A stretch of DNA of 64,000 nt from the human T2T-CHM13v2.0 reference genome, Homo sapiens (GCF_009914755.1 NC_060937.1), one strand, 5' to 3'. Shown: positions 40,660 to 56,061, numbered from the stretch's first letter. Program-made: numbers and translations. Notes: generated from the sequence alone by a model not told the origin.

Positions 40660-43517
40660 CCTCCCATAAAAGCAATGAAAACACTAGCAAAGATAGCAAA
40701 AAGCAACTTTTTCAGAACCCCTGAGATTAGCCAAAGGCTTCCAATAGTTTGAGAAGTGTTTATTCAAGAAAATCTTCTGAATCTTATTAGGAACAGCAGG
40801 GTTTGTGGGATTGTAACTGAACTACTCCCATTTCCTCTCCTCAGCTCTGCAATAGCCTTGAAAACCAGCAGTCTTGCAAAACTTGTAAAAACGGTACTTG
40901 TAAAAACCAACAGCCTTCAACCATTGGCTAGGATAGGCCTGGATGGAAGATCCTCAAGAAGTCCCATTCCCAGAGCATTGTCCCTATTTGACTTTTCTCA
41001 CAGCTCCTTGGAAAAGTCTCATTTGCAGGGCATAGTTGTTATTTGACCTACCTTGGAGCTCAGAGCTTGCTCTGTTCCCACAGAGCCCTATCTTCAGGGT
41101 ATTTGTCAAAAACAATCAGTGACAATTGTTTAACGTCGTAGCTTCTGAGGGGTCAATACCAGTTGCGCAAATAAAAACCTGGCCAAAAACTTACGGGTAA
41201 GATGTGAGGAATAAGATGTCCATAAGAGGCTTTTAAAAAACTCTTTTGACATATTCCTAGAGGATTAGAAGGCTACACACATATGCAGGGCTATGTGCAT
41301 GCTCAGAAGGACCTGAGAGGGCCTCAGTGTCTCACCTCTGACTGAGTATGAGGTCCGGAGAAGGCAATAAATACAAGCTAAGGCAGAAGATTAAAGTGCC
41401 CAACTGTTGAAGGTATGCCTTAACACACACACACAGGACCCTTCAGCAAAGATTGGATCACTTATTGGTTCACAGCATCAGCTAACCACTAAGCTAACTA
41501 AACAGAGACATCAGTGGCTGCACACCACAAGAAATACAGACTTTACAGAATTAGTCCAGAAAAGTCACTAAACAAACAAACAGCAACAACTGCAATAACT
41601 ACAAAAAACAGCAATAACAAATCCTGGGGAGTTGGGAGAGGAGAGTCTGATTTCCAGAATTGCCACATTTGTTATTATCTGAAGTGCTCAGTTTTGTTTT
41701 GTTTTTTAACAAAAAGCATGAGACATACATACACAAACAAGACAGTATGACCCATACACAATAGGGAAAGTAGTCAATAGAAACTGTCTCTGAAGGGGCT
41801 GAGATGTTGGATTTATTCTACAAAGATTTTATTCAGCTACTATCAACATAGTCAAAGAACTAAAGAACATCATGTCTAAAGAATGAAAGGAAAGTATGAC
41901 AATGAAGTTTCACCAGATAGAGAATATCAATAGAGAAATTGTAAAAGGATCTAAAGTCTGGATTTGAAAAGTATAATAACAAATGAAAAATTCACTTGTG
42001 AGCTCAGCAGCAGATTTGAGCTGGCAGAGGAAAGAATTAGAAAACTCAAAGACAGGCCAATTGAGATTATCCAGGGTGAGGAACATAAAGAAAAAGAATA
42101 AAGAAAACTGAACCTGAACCTAGTCCCAGAGACCTGTAGGACACCATCAAGCCTACTATTATATGCATTATGGGAATCCCAGATGAGAAGAGAAGGGTGG
42201 AAGAGGAATATTTGAAGAAATAATAGCCAAATACTTCCCAAATTTGATTTAAAAAAATACTTGTCTGCACAACTAATGAGTGCAGGAAACTCTAAATAGG
42301 ATAAACTCAAGGAGATCCATACCTGTGTGTGTGTCGTAGTCAAACTGTGAAAAGACAAAGAGAATCTTGAAAGCAGTAAAAGAAAAATGACTCATCAAAT
42401 AAAAGGGATCCTCAATAAAATTAACAGCTGACTTCTCATTAGAAGCTATGGTGGCTGGAAGTGAGTGGGATGACATATTTAAGGTGCTGAAATAAAGAGA
42501 GTCTCAACAAAGAATTCTATATCTGTTAAAATTACCTTTCAAAAATTAGGAAGGAACCAAGACATTCTCAGATAAAGGAAAAAAGAATGTGTCACTAGCA
42601 GACCTGTCCCACAAAAATTATGAAGGGAGTCCTTCAGATTGAAAGGATAAGGCACTAGATGATAACTTGAATCCACAAGGAGAATAAAGAGCACTAGTAA
42701 AGATAAACACAGAAATAAACATAAAAGCACAAATATATTTTTGTAACTCATTTGGGTGATAGATAACTACATAGAGCAATAATTATGAACTGTGTTAACA
42801 GGCTTATAATATGTAAAGATGTAATTTGTATGACAGTAGCACAAAGGAGAGGAGAGGAAAAGGAATATGTGCAGAAAACTTACTACTCTTGAAACTCAGT
42901 TAATATTAATCTGAACTACATTGTGAGTTAAGATACTAATTGTAATTCCCAGGATAACCACTAAGAAAATAACTCCTTTAAATAAAAGAAACAACAAGGT
43001 ATCAAAAATGGTACCCTAGAAAACATCTATTTAACTCAAAATAAGACAGTAATAGGGGAATCCAAAGGAATATGACATACAGAAAACAGAGCTAAATGGC
43101 AGATGTAAATCCTACCTTATCCTACCTTATCCATAATTATATTAAATATAAATGCACTAAGCACTTCTATTAAAAGGCAGAGATTGGCAGAATGGAGGGA
43201 GGAAAACTCCTGACCCAATTATATCCTATCTACTAGACACACTTACACACACTTTAAATTTAACAACAAAAATAGTTTGAAAATAAATGAATGGGAAAAG
43301 ATATACAATACAAACAGTAACTGAAGGAGAGCTGGAGTGGCAATACTAATATCACATGAAATCAACTTTATGATAAAAATTATTACTAGACACATAACAG
43401 TCTATTGGGAAGATATCATAATTATAACATACATGCACCCAATGACAGAGCCCCAAATTACATGAACCAAAAACTGACAGAACTGAAGGGAGATATAGAC
43501 AATTGAACAATAACAGT
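40660..43517 (+). mobile_element. Old L1M 5' half (5' UTR, ORF1, start of ORF2 endonuclease)
   Basis: ORF1 motifs (ACAGCTGACTTCTCA, GAGTGGGATGACATATTTAA), endonuclease start (TAAATGCACTAA..CTATTAAAAGGCAGAGATTGGCAGAATGG); multiply disrupted. Confidence 0.88.
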
Positions 43518-43518
43518 G

Positions 43519-43797
<279 letters not shown>

Positions 43798-45105
43798 AAG
43801 ATTTTCTTTTAATTACTGATTTCAAAGTATTATTGTGATGTATAGTTTTATTCCTGTTTCTTATGCTTTGAGTTCATTGAGCTTCTTGGATTTGTAGTTT
43901 TCATCAAATTTGGAACATTTCAGACTTACTTTCTTCAAGTTTTTTTTTTGTTCCCTCTTCTCCTTTTGGAAACTCCAGTTATACATATATTAAAATGCAT
44001 AAAGTTGTCCCGTAGTTTACTAATACTCTTTTTTCTTCAATTTTTTTCTCTGTGTTCCCATTTTAGATAGTTTCTATTACTGTGTCTTCAAGTTCATTAA
44101 TCTTTTCTTCAGCTATTAATTTTATCCAGTGTATTTTTCATCTTTAGAAATTCAATTTAGGTATTTTTTTTTTGCAATCTTCTATGTCTCTAATTAACTC
44201 GTCTATGAGGATTGTTGTTTTTAAAGCCTTTGTCTATCAATTCTATTATCTTGTATATTAATACCCCTCTTTCAGTAATTGATTTTGTTTACTCATTATG
44301 GGCCATATTTTTCTGCTTCTTTGAATGCCTCATAGTATTTGATTAGATGGCAGACATTGCGAATTTTGTCTTTTTGGGTGATGAGTATTTTGTATTTCTA
44401 TAAAATACCCTTGAACTTCATTCTTGGACACAGTTACTTTGAAAGAATTGGATACTTTTAGGTCTTGCTTTTATAATTAGTTTGGTAGGACCAGTCCAGC
44501 AAATAGTTAGGGCTGACTCTTCCCTACTACTAAGGACCCTTTTGAGTACTATGCCTAAAGCTCCATGAATTGTGAGGTTTTACAGTCTGTCTGGGAGTAG
44601 GCACAATTCAAGACCCTGAGGAAGTATGAGGTACTGCTCCCTCGAATCTGTTTAGATGGGTTTTCTCCTGGCTTTTGGGTAGTTTCATCACATGCATGCA
44701 CTGATCCTACTTAAGTAGGACCCTCTGCAGATCTCTGGGGTCTTGTTTCTTTTTAGCCCTCTCCTTTCCTGTGTGCTGACCTGTGAACCCTAACCACCTT
44801 GGTGTCTCTGGAATTCTTAGCATCATCTCTTCAATTCAGTGAGTCAGCTAGGCTTTACTGGGTTCTCCCTTTCTGCACTGTGGCCTGGAAGCTCTTTTAA
44901 AGCAGTAAGCTGGGCAATCATAGGGCTCATCTCATTTGTTTACCATCTCTCAGGGACTACGGTCCTGCATGGCTTGTGTGCAGTGCCTTGAGAATAGTTG
45001 TTTCATATATTTTGTCTGGTGTTTTGTGGGTTTTTGTTGTTGTTGTTGTTTCAGAGGGTTAATTGAATTCCTGTTATTCCATCTTGGTGGAAAGTAGAAA
45101 TCTCA
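43798..45105 (-). mobile_element. Old L1M 5' UTR/ORF1 fragment
   Basis: TTCATTGAGCTTCTTGGAT..TTTTCATCAAATTTGGAA; start region TGTTATTCCATCTTGG..GGAA. Confidence 0.8.
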
Positions 45106-46357
45106 ATTTTTTTTTTCTGTAGATACTTAATGTCACTATTAGTTTAAGAAAAAATGGTCGTATTTTAACCATTCATGGGTAAGCCAACTTGTAAAATATG
45201 TCTGCTCTATTTAAGCTTATGAAGATCTGAAGTAGAGTAAAGGGAGTGGGGGCCATAGAAAAATAAAAGAGAGTAAAATCTCCCTTCTTTCATTCTTTCT
45301 CTTTTGCTCTTTTGGTAAATTGTTGCTATGCCCCCTTACTAATCAGAGCCCCATTGTTCTTTTTGGTAATAGGAACATTTTAAGAGTTCTGTGAATATGC
45401 CACTCAAAATATATGAAGAGTGTTACCAATAAAATTGTCATGGTCTTTATGTTTTAATCTATGTGATAAAAACTTGATGGTTTTGGTACAACTGGTTAAC
45501 TTCTCGAAAAAAATATTTAAATTGGATTTCCTCTTAATATCTTATACCCAGATATAGTCCAGATAGGTTAAAAATATAATTTCTAAATATTAAATGAAAA
45601 TATAGGCAATTCACAGAATCTTAAGAAAAGGTCTTTCTAAGTGTGATACAAAGGATACAACCATAATGAAAAAGATCAATATGATTACATGAAGATTTTA
45701 TGTCTTTTATATGGCAAAAATCATTATAAGCAGGATTAAAAACATAGTCGATATCCTTAGTATATAAAGATACCTCACAAAGTAGTAAAAAAAAAGCCAA
45801 ATATCCCACTGGGAAATTAGGCAAAGGATAGTTGTGTAAAAAATATAGGTTTCAGGTAAATATGTTTACAATGCTGTACTTCATAATAGTAACAATTACA
45901 AATTATAATACTCATAATAATAGCTATCATTTATTTCAGGTTTCTATTTGCTTGATTACGTTAATGTTTTCAGTAGATTGGCTAATTTGATACTTTGAAA
46001 AACAAGTATACTATTATTGTCAGTTTATAAATGGCATTTGAGACAGGAGATTAAGACCCTTGCCCAGGGTGACAAAGCTATCCAAGTGGCTAAGCCAAGA
46101 TTATCACCCAGGCCTTCTGATTCTAGACCCCTGCTTCTCATCATTCCTCATAGCAATACATTTAAACTACCTGAAATTCAACTGCAACTTGCAGAGAAAT
46201 TGGTAATTTGCTCAAGATCACAACATTTGTAAGTGATAAATTGAGTTAAAAATCTTACAAAAGTCATATAAGTAGAAGAAAGGAAAACAGGGTAAAGTAA
46301 GGTGAGCAACAAAACAGCTGTGTGTTTTAATTTTAGATATTCACGGTTTATTTTCAG

Positions 46358-46429
46358 AATATTTAAAAGATGCTTCAAAGAAGATGAAAAATGGGCTAAT
46401 GTTTGTAAAACTGGTTAACCCCTGTTCAG
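46358..46429 (+). CDS. RNASEH2B: RNase H2 subunit B, exon 2 (72 nt)
   Basis: Acceptor ttattttcag|AA, donor CAG|GTAAGT; continues frame as (E)[23 protein letters not shown]. Confidence 0.98.
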
Positions 46430-47559
46430 GTAAGTTCTCTTCTCATAACTTGAATGTTCTTAAATGTTGTGGCTAATGAGTATATACACTTTTATGTCTT
46501 TGTGTCCTTGCTCTTTCTGAATAGCTTTTAAAGTTAAGATGGCACCGTGAGGAGAAGAAAACAAGGTGATGACATTACTAGTCTTCCCAGATAATTCATT
46601 TGACTTAAACATTTTAAAAATTTCTTCTCATAATTTTAATTCACAGAACTGTTCAGCCATCAGAAATACGGGCAAAACAAAAAAGTAGCATGTTTGAGTT
46701 CTCTTTAAAAACAGATTAATTTTCTTTGGCTTCCTTAAGCCAACTTTTCTTAGTTATTCAACATTAGCCTCCATTTATATCCATTTTATCTTATAAAGTA
46801 AAATAAACAACCAGAATTTAAAAAAACAAAAACAGAAGGCTTTTACTTGACATGCCAAGATTTTGATTAGGTTCAGTTTTAGCTATACTTCCCTATTTTC
46901 TTCTGACCAAAAAGTAGTACTTTTTTTCTCCGTCAGGGGACTTTTTTTTTTTTAAATGATAAGCATTGTTTATTGAAGGGATTCATATCTTATTGGAAAA
47001 ATTTTATTTTAACTTTATATTCAGTGCATTTTCAGTTTTGTCTTCACATTTTTTAGGCAAAAATATTAAAGTGTATTCTAAATATTGAGTAATATGGGTG
47101 ATAGTGTTTATCTCTGTGTGTAATTGTTTTTCCATTAATTTATAAGGTTTTGTGTAGACACCTGATACTTGCCATATTAGAGGTTTCTCCTGGTGACAGT
47201 AATACGGAATAGTAAAAGTATGGGAGGGCCACTGAGTAGTGCCTTGTTGTTATAGAGACATGTAAATAGAAGCAACAAGAGAAGAAACACATTCCTGACT
47301 TTCTCCAGTGTTCTTTTCTTCAAAATGAAATTGACTGTAATTGGTCAGCTATATTTAGAAATCTTAGTTATATATCAGACTAAGTTGACGTGAGAAATAT
47401 TTCTTCAAGAGAAGTTTTAGGTAGCAGTAAAGGTTCTAAAGCATTTAAGAAAAGTACAGGTACAGAAGAAAGCCAGCCCTCTTTTAAAATTTCTGTTTTA
47501 TCTAAATGCTCATAGACAACAGAGGAACAAATGTTTTTATTTGCTACATTGGCAGTGGG

Positions 47560-47785
47560 AAAGTAAAGGCTAACATTTGCTGAGTTCTTACTATGTGCCA
47601 AGTATTGGTTTAGGAAATTTACATGTGTTCTTTTTTTTAATTCTTATAAAAACCCTTGAGGAGGTTCAGTATTGTCTCCATTTTACAGATGTGGAAACAG
47701 CCACAGGAAGGTTTATGTAACTTCTCCAAGGGCACGTGCCCAGCATATGGTGGAGATAGAGTTAAAGTCAGCATCCTTGTCTCCA
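47560..47785 (-). mobile_element. MIR in intron 2
   Basis: TACTATGTGCCA...CCATTTTACAGATGTGGAAAC. Confidence 0.8.
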
Positions 47786-48295
47786 GAGATTGTGCTGTGG
47801 TTAAAAAAAAAATTTTTTTTTCATTAGTTGAAGTGATAAAACATGCAGATGTGCACAGTCTTCACCCTCTTGTGCCTCCTCCCTTTTTTTTTTTTTTTTT
47901 TTTTTTTGGTTAAGAAAGGAAAGGAAAAAAAATTCATTCAGTTGAATAAAGCTTTACTCACTCCCTATGGCTTCAAGCATGTCTGTCTTTCTCACTTAGG
48001 GTTGGCCTGTGGCTTGGTCCCTGTCAGACCCTGTGTGGGGAGAGCCACACACTGCCCAGAGGCAGGGACCCACGTGCCAGCTCATGTCATATGGCTGAAC
48101 TGTTGTGTTTTGATAGTTTAGGAATGGATATTCCCTCTTGATCTGATGGAGGATTTAAGGACAGGCTTTGTATTAGTTAAGATAAATGACTTGCACTTTC
48201 TAATTTTTTGGTTTAAGTCCAGTGAGGATTATGGAGCTGGAAAACTACCATCTATGTATAATAGCTGTAAGCTTTCCTTGGAATCAGTTTTTTAG

Positions 48296-48538
<243 letters not shown>

Positions 48539-49633
48539 TGACTAGTGTAAGCATTTCCAATAACTAAACACATACTCCAGCTTTTCCATTCTTCACACGT
48601 GGGGTTGTGGGTCTGTCACCGGGTTTGGAGTCTGGTCACTGGTTTAGCCTTCCTTGGCATGAGAGCAGGTTTAATCAAGGAGAAAGGAAAGATCATTTGA
48701 GCACTAAGGTTAAGTCATCTCCTGTGTGTCTTAGACGGTAGGAAGTTTTAAACTAGCAACTCTGATTTGTCTCCTAAAACAGTGACACATCCTGAGTTAG
48801 AAGTTAGATTTGTACATGGGGCACATATTGTGTTGATTAGAAACTCTTTTGAGGATCTTTGTGTTTTTAACATGTTATTTCCTTGAAACTGGATACTGAT
48901 ATGGCTTCTAACATAGGCTAGAGCATAACAAAGTTTCTTTAAAATGCTTTGTCATATACCTGCCTGCCCACCTGCTCCCCCACCCCCATACACACATACA
49001 CCCCCCAGCACCAAAGTTCTGTTTCTTGTGGTGTTCCCTTAATTTGGGGGCAGTGCTGACTAAAGGAAGAGTAGGCCAACGGAACTGTTCTGCCTCATGT
49101 TCTGGGGTGGGGGCAGTCAGTGGCTATTCAAAGAATCCTACATCCCCCTGCCCACAGACCACGGAAGGGACTGTGTATAGAGAGAATGGCACTGCTTTCC
49201 CATGGCTTTGTCCTCAAAAGCACAGGAAATTACATTTTACTGCAGCTTTATAGATAGACTGACGATACAGGTTCCCTAACATTGCCGTCTTCTCATTCTG
49301 TCTGTGCTTCCTCCTAACCCCTCGTTTTTCAGGGGGTTGGGAGGCTGTGTTAAAAATGATTTCTAAAGAAGAAATGGAAAGTTAAAGATCAATTTCAGGG
49401 TCTTGGTTCTCCTCTCCACACAGGGATTTGAAGCTCTTTGGAGTAAAATCTCATAGAGCACATTCTGCCTTTTGAGAGAATCACATAGACTCTGAGGCCT
49501 GTATAAGAAGAGATTTGAATTTGGAATTTCACATATATTTTTCAACACTGTTTTTCACTTTGAGATTAAGGTGAAATAGCCACATTGTCTTTCCAAGACG
49601 TTTAATTCCCTTCATCCTTTTTGTAATCTGCAG

Positions 49634-49710
49634 GAGGTCTTCTCCATTTTGCCACACCTGTGGATCCTCTATTTCTGCTTCTCCACTACCTCATAAAGGC
49701 TGATAAGGAG
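49634..49710 (+). CDS. RNASEH2B: RNase H2 subunit B, exon 4 (77 nt)
   Basis: Acceptor tctgcag|GA, donor GAG|GTGAGT; (G)[25 protein letters not shown]. Confidence 0.98.
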
Positions 49711-50241
49711 GTGAGTTTCCAGCTCGGAGCATCCACAGTGAGGAAACAGAATCAACTATTTTTGTTTGATCTCCTCTCTCTCCTTTTAATGATCCAAAGG
49801 TGGATTCTACCTTCAGATCTATTATAGTGACTAGAGAAAACATGAATCATATGGGCCAGTGCAGGACAGAGCACTACTGCACAGGCCAGAGAAGCAGCAC
49901 CTTACTCTTGATCCAGTCTGACCCTGGCTTGCTTGTGACCTCTGACTTGCCTGACTCACTGTGCTGTGCACCTTACTGCTTGACAAAGCCTGACAGCTAA
50001 CACTCCTTTATCATTAAGTATTCCTTACACTTGAAATACAAAACAGGTATTTAAAAATTGACCACATGTCTTAAAGAGTCTCTTCTTTAGTGAGAGACTG
50101 TGGAATAGGTAAACTGGAGCGGGTCCAATAGAAGCTCATTAATGGTGATGTGCTAGTTGAGACTTAAGGAATCCCAGATGGATAAAATTTACCTTTGGAA
50201 TAGAAATAAAGACACAGCTTACTAATAGTAATAATTTTAGC

Positions 50242-50901
50242 CAGAAGTTCTGTAATATTTTGGTCTCAGGATACATTTACAATTAAAATTATTAAGGGTT
50301 CCAAAGAGCTTATGTTTCTGTGGGTTCTAGCAATACTCTTAGAAATTAAAACTGAGAGATTTAAAAATTATTTATTTAAAAGTTAAAAATAATAAGGCCA
50401 TTACATGTTAACATAAATAACACATTTTTATTGAAACAAACAACCAAATTTAATGAGGCGTGTGGCATTGTTTTACATTTTTGCAAATCTCTTTAGTGTT
50501 TGGCTTAACTAGAAGACAACTGGATTCTTATATCTGATTCTGCATTCAGTCTGTTTCCATATGTTATTTTGGTAGGATTATATGAAAAATATGCGGCCCC
50601 ATACATCTTTGTAGTTAGAAAAGGAAGAAATAATGTTACAGCCTTTTTAGATTATTGTGGATATTCTTCTTTAATACTGCCTAAAAAATCAACAAGTAGT
50701 TTTTTAAAGTTTAGTTGCAATGTGAAATGTGAAACTTTGTCAGTTAACTTTCTATGCTCTGTTACATTAAAATGCATTGGTCTATCTTGCACTTAAAATG
50801 GATCTTTTTACCAGTGTATGATTTTGTAACATCATGCTTTGGTCATTTGGAAAATATTGATTTGCTGAGTTATGCATATCTTCCAAATGTTGACACATCT
50901 C

Positions 50902-50934
<33 letters not shown>

Positions 50935-51630
50935 TCCCTTTTGTTAATATTACCACTGATCTCATCAGAAAGCTCTTTAGGTATTGAGAAGCTGTCATAG
51001 TGGCAGATAGAAATTTTCTACAATTCTAATTTTTGCTTGAAAGCTCAAATTTTATTATTGGCCGCAAATATTGTCAATCTTTCCCGTGAAATGACAGGCT
51101 CACTTCGTTCATATTCTGCCTAATACCGGGGTCTGAATCACCGTAATTCATAGTGGGTTTTTCAAATAAAAATGATATCCATGAAAAAGCAGCTGGTTCT
51201 GCTTGCAACTCAGCCAGCCCCAGGAGAACATGCTCTTCCTGGTAATCAGCTTATCTTTGGTTAAGCAGCCAAAGGCCTTTAGCCATACCTCACTTTCATC
51301 ACAGATAATTTACAAGACTTGTGTTCAAGGGCCAAGATTTAAGTAAAATTAATTGCTTTTACTACTTGCTCAAGGATATTCTTAAGTGAAACTGGCATTT
51401 TTTAAACTGCACATAAATGGCGGTGAGGATCCAAATGATGACTAGGACAGTCTGGTGCCACCACCAGACTCGTGCTAAAGAGCCAGCAGTTTTACCCACC
51501 ATTGCATTTGAATCATCTGTGCAGATGTCCACACAGTGAAAATGCAGATAGCGTCTTAGCAGTATTAGGAAAATAGCTTTGAGCTTAGGTACTTCATGAC
51601 CCAGGGATCCATCAACCATAGTTGGAAAAT
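50242..51630 (-). mobile_element. Charlie1a-like hAT DNA transposon, with internal (CA)n at ~50907-50933
   Basis: End TTTTGGTCTCAGGA...CCAAAGAGCTT..GTTT.TGTGGGTT; minus-strand transposase remnant CVDICTDDSNAMVGKTAG (hAT TDGAxxMxG-like). Confidence 0.85.
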
Positions 51631-53823
51631 CTTTTAATTAATAACTTTGAGTGATAAGTGTCACTCAAACAGCTTAGAAGAATCTGGTTTTTTTGGACTC
51701 TCATGTTTGCATAAAGTTTGAACACTTATAAATTTCTTACTTAATCCTTAGATCAAATTCCTGAAACCTCCATTTGGTAGGTAAATTAATTTAAGTTGCT
51801 GTAAATACTGAAAGTCATAAAGTATCAATGCATGTTTTCTCTTGATGCAGCTTAGCCTCTTTTAGCCTCCTCCTTCCCTGCCCTCCGCCCTTCACTGTGA
51901 ATTAGTGAAGTTTTATCCCTTCGTTTAATCATGTGTCCCATTATCTGGAAGCTACTGTGATGGCCGGTATAACGAGGGCACACAAGCTGTGAGGCTGGTA
52001 AGCCTCGTGTCTTTAAGGAACAGAAATGGTCCTAATCACCACCAGGAACGCCCTGGGGAATATTCAGGGAGGAATTTGTAAACCTCAGTGGCTCACCTAT
52101 GTGGTGTTTTCTAGGATAAATTAATGAGCAGAAAGACACCAACCAGCCTCAGCAAATGTATTGATCTGCACTTAAGGCTCCCCCTCCCCTTTTTGATAGC
52201 ATTTCTCCATCTCCCATTAGGACCATGACTCTGGGGGATTAACCCTGTCTTGGCACTCTGGGCACCTCCAGGGTGCTATGGCGAGCTCACGTTGACAAGT
52301 GCAGAATGAAGCAGAAATGCTGTTCAGGGTGGCCTTTGGCTTTCATTTTAAACCGTCGTACTTCCCAAACACGTCTTCCCAAGTGCCAAAAATGCCCTTT
52401 AAAGTAACATTTGAGATGTTTAGGTATTTCCTTCTCTACATTTTAGACATGATCATTTCCTATTTAGTTAAAAATTATTGATACACACTTTTGAAATGTG
52501 ACCTGTTCTTTTAAACTTTATTTTAACATCAGTAAAAATAACTTTTTTTCTAGGTATCCCACTGCTACTAGCTTTATAGTCAAGGCAGGTTGCTTATTGC
52601 ATTTCCTTCAATGTATATATGGTAAATAAAAATAAGAATGAAACACTAGTTAATTACAAAATTATTTTATATCATGATTGTATGGTAGTCCATTACATAT
52701 AAATATTGTTTTAGAGTAGTCAAATATTTAAGATATTGATTGATCATGGAAGACTATAGATTTAAGGTAGAAATCTAAAGACAGTAAGACTTGGGAAAAA
52801 TCTGTGCATTATTCTTACTATTTGAAGGAAAAAGAACATTTAAATTGAGATAGTTCATGGCACTAGTTAACCTAAGAGAAAGTATGGCAAGCTATCACGT
52901 GTTCTTAAATGATTGAGAAGATTTTACCCTTAAAACCCAAGAAAGCTGCATTTGCAGAAATTGATCAGATGCAGTTTTTGTGTCTTCAGGAGGAGTTGTC
53001 AGTACACGAGAGGTAGAGCGAGCTAGAAGTGGGTCATGGGCAAGGCCATACATCTGGTACAGTCTGGTGTCCCCAAATCAGGGGGCTAATACCTTAATTT
53101 AGACAAACTTCACCTCTACTTGCTACTAGTACAGTTACGAAAAACTAGACCTAATTCCAAAGAATGATGTTGTGAATCCATATGGTCTGCACTTCTGGCC
53201 CACTGGCAACCAGGCCATATAAACTTCTGTGGCTGAGCCTGATTTAGCCTGTCTGCAGCTTCCCATGACTTCTCCCTCTGGCTGTCTTTTCTTTTATTCT
53301 GGTCTAAATTTGGAAGCATTGTGAGGCAGCTTTGACAGGGGTAGATTCACTTTTGTATTTTCTTTTTGTGGCGGGTGCTTCTTTCATCATCCCTAGAGTG
53401 ATGATGGGGAGGCAGATGTATGTCTGGGCCTGGTCTGGGCTTGTTCCAATGTGACAGTCAGGACTCTTGCTCTGTGACCACAGCTGGTTCTTCAAATTGA
53501 ATGGGTTGGACCATCCCCAGGCAGTCTCCACCATCTTTGCAAGCTTCTGTGGCTTCCAGTGCTTTTGTAGATTGATTTTCTTCCCCATTTCATTTGGGGA
53601 CTGTACACCCAAGGTAGATGGTGTGCTGTGTGGGACTCCAGTGCTCACAGGAGCTTCCTGAAGGGAGCTGGGGTCCGTCCTAGAGCCTGTCCCATTGTAG
53701 GGATTCCTTAGATGGAATAGGTGGCTTCTGCACTAAGTTTAAAGGCCCAGCCATGAGTTAATGTGTCTTTTTCTCTTTTTTTCTGAATGTCTTTGTTGAA
53801 TGAAATGCTTGCTTTCCAACTAA

Positions 53824-53958
<135 letters not shown>

Positions 53959-54309
53959 TAACTTAAAGGCTTATGGCTGGTAGAAAGGATGGACCTTGCC
54001 TAAGAACGTGGCTGCTTACAGACACACTGAATGTAAGGCTTATTCTGTGTCCACCATAGGGAAAACTATCATTCAGATTTGCTAACACTGCCAGCACTGT
54101 TCCTCTATTGCTTTGGAGTGTTTAGTCTTTGGAACTACAACCATGGCAGTCTAGGGCCTACGTCCACAGGGCAGGAATCACAAGGTGTGGCTTCAGTCTC
54201 ACTTCTTCTTTGAACTAGTTCTGTGACATCAGGCAAGTCACTCAGCTGCCTTCTGCCTCAGATGTCTCATTGTAAAATTACGTAAAACCTGTACCTTAAT
54301 AGATGGAAG

Positions 54310-55105
54310 CATTTATCGAGCACCTTCCAAAAAGCATATGTTGCACATTAGTGCTAAGCTCTAGATACTTATGAATAAGACATTGTCCTTTTCTTCACTT
54401 TGCGCCCAGTCTGATGGGGGTCAATGACAAGCTGAGCAGTGACCGCACAGTGTAACGGAAGTGAACTCTGAATTTACTGGGGATGCACAGGACAGGTTTC
54501 TAATCTGGCGGGGTTGGGTGGGGAATGTAGGTGGGTAGATGTTGTGTTGCTTTCCTGGGGGAAATGACCTCTTTATGGAGTCCTGAAGGATAGTCAGAGA
54601 AGCAGTGTAACAGAGGCTCAGATGTATGGAAAAGTTTGTCAGGTTCAGGAAGTTCCAAGGAGTTCAAAGTATAGGATTCTGGGGAAGGATGTAGGTTGGT
54701 AAGGAATGAGGCGGGAATGCTGGGCATGGGTCCAGATGGTAAAGGGCCCTGTGTGTGTTTGGACTTTGCTTAATGGTAGTGGAGTGTCTGTGAAGTTTTA
54801 AGCATGGCAGTCTGCAGTGTGGAGAGTATATTGGAGAAGCCAGGTCCACCAAGGCTGTTGCAGTGATCCAGACAGGAGATAATGGTGGCCTTGATCTTAG
54901 GAGATAGAACAAGAAGAAAGTAGCCATTTAGAGATGGACCCAACTGCATCTGGTTGTTGGGTGGTGGTCAAGGAGAAGGAGGAGTCAAGAGTGACTTCTC
55001 GGTTTGTGCCTGACCCAAAGGATGTGTAGTGGTGGGATCCTGGACACAGGGAACATGGGCTGGAGGAGCAGGATAGGGTAATGAAGAGATGCGTTTTCAC
55101 TATCA
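54310..55105 (-). mobile_element. L2 fragment (preceded by MIR ~54165-54300)
   Basis: GGCTGTTGCAGTGATCCAG..GGAGATAATGGTGGC, GGAGTCAAGAGTGACT. Confidence 0.7.
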
Positions 55106-56061
55106 TTCATTTAATTTTTCAGAGGGAAAAGTAAGGCAGTGTGTGTGAATGTGTTTTGACAGGTTAGAAATAGTATAAAAACTTGGCTTTGGTGTCTTAA
55201 AAAATCATCCAAGTAGTTTCAGGGTTAATATGGAAACAAAGTGTGGGAACCAGAGCATCAGGCTGATAAGTTGTGGCTGTTTGGGTCATAGATGGTTTGG
55301 CCAACTATGACAGTTCTTCTGGGACCAAGAAAGTGGTGATTCCAAGAAGTGTAAGCTTACAGTGGGAAAGAGAAGAACCTTATTGATTGCATTTTATGTT
55401 TAAGGGGTCCAGTAAATTCATACTTGGCCACACTTGGAGCTCCAGTTTGGAACTGAGGGGTATATGGTGCCAGGGTTTTATCAAAGCAGTTCCATTAAAG
55501 ACATTCCCTGATGCTGAGTTTGGCAGAAGACAGCAGTCTTTTTGTGGGTGACCTGAATTAGCCCATAACCACTTTTAAAAGATAAAGTAATGAAGAATAA
55601 TTTAATTAAGCCATGTTAATTTTTGTCAACTTAATGCAAGCTGAAAATGCAGTTAACTCATTGTCCAGAATTCTGCTATTAGCTGTATAAGAACAATCAT
55701 CTTAAAACCCAGAAATCCAGATTTAGAAACAATGTTAGTGCCTCAGCATTTGTTTCCTTACAGTCTGCAGCCGAGAGCAAGAGGCTCTCTCTGTGTCATC
55801 CCTTCCCTCTTGTACACCGAACTCCTGACCATTTATTGCATCATTATCTGAACTTGTCTTAGTCTCCTTTGCTTCTCAATATTGCCTAACTTTTGGAAGT
55901 TCTGTACTTCCATTTTCAAAGTAGCTATATTATTAGCCTTTATATTTGCCAGATTTCAAAAACCCTAGGCCTCAATTTTTTTCTTTATTTTTAAGTGATG
56001 GGCAAAACATAAAATACTTTAGAATAAATTTCACACAGTAAAAGATGTATTCAATCTCTAG

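Noticed and set aside
49631-49636. NAGNAG acceptors (CAGGAG) at exons 3 and 4
   Set aside because: Distal GAG acceptors are rarely used against a proximal CAG; no further support.
51362-51619. Transposase-like ORF
   Set aside because: Short decayed remnant in an internally deleted Charlie element; no sign of domestication.
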